This document shows, one piece after another, positions 32,723-34,406 of a stretch of 34,406 nt of DNA. Positions within the stretch are counted from its first letter, which is position 1, and every line of letters begins with the position of its first letter. Source of the DNA: a virus (taxonomy: Duplodnaviria > Caudoviricetes); the IMG/VR virus record IMGVR_UViG_3300044513_000108, positions 1-34,406 of that record. One strand, given 5' to 3'. Position numbers and translations under genes: made by a program. The notes beneath the pieces were generated by a model that was given only the letters and a program-made list of their open reading frames with translations, was not told the DNA's origin and ran no database searches.

Positions 32723-34302
32723 TAGAAACCTCTCCCTAATAGACCGCGATTAAAATAATCTTGGAACACGTCAACGTCGTCTGCAATTTCTGGGACTATA
32801 TCTTCTAGCACGACGCCAACTTCGCCCGCCCGGCGTATCGAGTTTGCCCCAACCCCCTCAATCCTTTTAGGGTCAAATCTTGTCGGGAACATAAGGTTAC
32901 GCGGCACTGGTGTTAGCAAACCTCCAAGATCGAAGCCGCCGATGCCTTGTCTGTATGTTTTGTGAAATTTTGGTGCGTTACCTTCTCCGCCTGTGATCCT
33001 TAAATTGGGGTCAAACTCAAAAACTCTGGCTCCTGTGGGGGCAACTAAATCAGATGGGTCATTTACACGACTTGACATAACTGGATCAGAAACAACCATA
33101 CGGACAGCGCTAACGTCAGGGAACCCAGCGTCTCTAAACGAACCTTTCTCCATTACATCAGCGATAGCTTTCCGAGATGCACCCTTGCCTGCTGAATACA
33201 TATATTCTTCAATGTCAGGACTTGTTATGCCGGGGAAATCTTTTAGCGGGTATGTGACAATTTTTTTGCCGTCCCTTTTCCCTTCAGCCTTTGTTTCTCT
33301 AACTGCTTTGTTAAAACTTTCTATTTGATCCTTGGACAGCCACTCAGCTTGCTTAGTCATATCGACAAGCACGTCAGCCACATGATGAGAAAAATCACCA
33401 CCTCGGCCACCCATTGCACTATAAACGCCAACAAGACCGGGGTTTCTTTTAGCCGCATTAACGTATCTTGAAATAATTGGTATATCAGATGCCCACACAA
33501 GCCCAAGCTCGCGTGACAACTCCTCAGCGGGAAAATCTTTACCCCCCTGCATACGCACAGGATTTTTTAACTTTATGCCTTTGACGTGCGTAATCTCTTT
33601 GCCAGCCATAGTCATATCACCCGGCACCAACAGAGCTGTGCGACCAATCAACTTCTGAAAATCGACAACAGGACTTTTTGCTAAAGTGTCGAGATCACGC
33701 ACAACGCTTCCGCTAATATCTGGGATGTCCCGACCTAAGTTCTGAAAGCCGGGGTCTACAAGCAGCCCTTGGTTTCCGACCTCTGCTGTTCTCGCCCCAT
33801 ACTCATAGGCGCGGTGCGGCAGAAGGACGCTCTCGCCAACTTCACGCGGTAACTGAAACGCGGCGGCGGCCTCATACAAGTCTTGTTCAGCTTTTGGCAT
33901 TTGACGTATTTTCGGGCGCTTTGGGGGCTGTTTCGCTAAAAATGTGCCGCTAACGTCCTCACCCATACGCCCCGCAACCCTGCCAGCCCTTGGCAGCTTC
34001 ATAGCAGCGCCAACAGGGATAAGCGGTGGCACAACCGTACCAGCGGCCATAAAGGCGTCACCGAGTAAGCCTAGCCCCTGCAAGCCAGCGTCCATATATT
34101 GACCGCTGCCAATGTTAGCCATCATGCTTGGCTCGTATTCGCCAGCGTTTGTCATGCTTGGCGCATAGCCCGCAACATCAGCAACGCCGGAGCCGGGCGC
34201 AAACATCAGGCCAGCGGCTAACGGTGCATATGGGTTGAACGACGCCATATCCATAGGTTCAGCCAGCAGCCCCTGCTGATATGCGCCTCTAAATTGATCC
34301 AC
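32722..34302 (-). CDS. Large hypothetical protein between TerL and portal (putative ejected cargo)
   Basis: About 526 aa. Probable GTG start overlapping the TerL TAG. Gly/Ala-rich N-terminus with GLL motifs and a globular C-terminus. Confidence 0.75.
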   Translation of the reverse strand: MDQFRGAYQQGLLAEPMDMASFNPYAPLAAGLMFAPGSGVADVAGYAPSMTNAGEYEPSMMANIGSGQYMDAGLQGLGLLGDAFMAAGTVVPPLIPVGAAMKLPRAGRVAGRMGEDVSGTFLAKQPPKRPKIRQMPKAEQDLYEAAAAFQLPREVGESVLLPHRAYEYGARTAEVGNQGLLVDPGFQNLGRDIPDISGSVVRDLDTLAKSPVVDFQKLIGRTALLVPGDMTMAGKEITHVKGIKLKNPVRMQGGKDFPAEELSRELGLVWASDIPIISRYVNAAKRNPGLVGVYSAMGGRGGDFSHHVADVLVDMTKQAEWLSKDQIESFNKAVRETKAEGKRDGKKIVTYPLKDFPGITSPDIEEYMYSAGKGASRKAIADVMEKGSFRDAGFPDVSAVRMVVSDPVMSSRVNDPSDLVAPTGARVFEFDPNLRITGGEGNAPKFHKTYRQGIGGFDLGGLLTPVPRNLMFPTRFDPKRIEGVGANSIRRAGEVGVVLEDIVPEIADDVDVFQDYFNRGLLGRGF

Positions 34303-34406
34303 TAAACCACCCAATTCGTTTTTGGTTTCAAACTGCGATTTGAATTATACCCTCTTGAGTAGCCGCCAGCAACCGCACCCTGACCCGCGAAGGTCAGCAC
34401 AAATGC
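34302..34406 (-). CDS. terL: Terminase large subunit, C-terminal end (5' truncated)
   Basis: Manual translation AFVLTFAGQGAVAGGYSRGYNSNRSLKPKTNWVV*. AFVLTFA matches the end of the D.ADA..LTFA nuclease-domain motif, and the position upstream of the portal cluster fits. Confidence 0.65.
   Translation of the reverse strand, partial: AFVLTFAGQGAVAGGYSRGYNSNRSLKPKTNWVV

Noticed and set aside
231-33328. Numerous 60-160 aa ORFs antisense to the assigned genes (e.g. 2868-3260, 5786-6178, 19072-19524, 26475-26969)
   Set aside because: These are shadow ORFs opposite well-supported genes, with no motifs or RBS, unlike the same-strand nested MTase ORF.
1-34406. tRNA genes, integrase/att sites, stop-codon reassignment
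   Set aside because: No cloverleaf or integrase motif was recognised, and genes tile densely under the standard code using all three stop codons.

Overview
The window is an almost complete genome of a tailed dsDNA phage with podovirus-like, P22-style morphogenesis genes. Its gene content resembles marine alphaproteobacterial phages, but the host is inferred, not shown. It is opened inside the terminase locus: the 5' part of a small-terminase-like gene runs off the left end, and the C-terminus of the large terminase enters at the right end on the same strand. A leftward replication operon encodes an RHH regulator, a Holliday-junction-resolvase-like nuclease, a C5 cytosine methyltransferase, a PD-(D/E)xK nuclease, an SSB-like protein, a PAPS-reductase-family protein, a primase-helicase, a putative origin, small genes and TerS. 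A rightward early operon encodes acidic hypotheticals, a GIY-YIG endonuclease, a YqaJ exonuclease and a LexA-type HTH. A long leftward late operon encodes small basic proteins, portal, scaffold, major capsid protein, adaptor, tail hub, ejection proteins, tail fibre and lysis genes. No integrase, DNA polymerase, tRNA or CRISPR array was seen. The most notable feature is the methyltransferase, which appears split across two overlapping frames: a nested +1-frame ORF with its own Shine-Dalgarno carries the missing motif IX and three tandem TRD-like modules. Also notable are a long hairpin/pseudoknot candidate over the RBS between the SSB-like and PAPS-reductase genes, an iteron-rich origin candidate, a cluster of tiny protamine-like genes and a modular ejected-cargo candidate.
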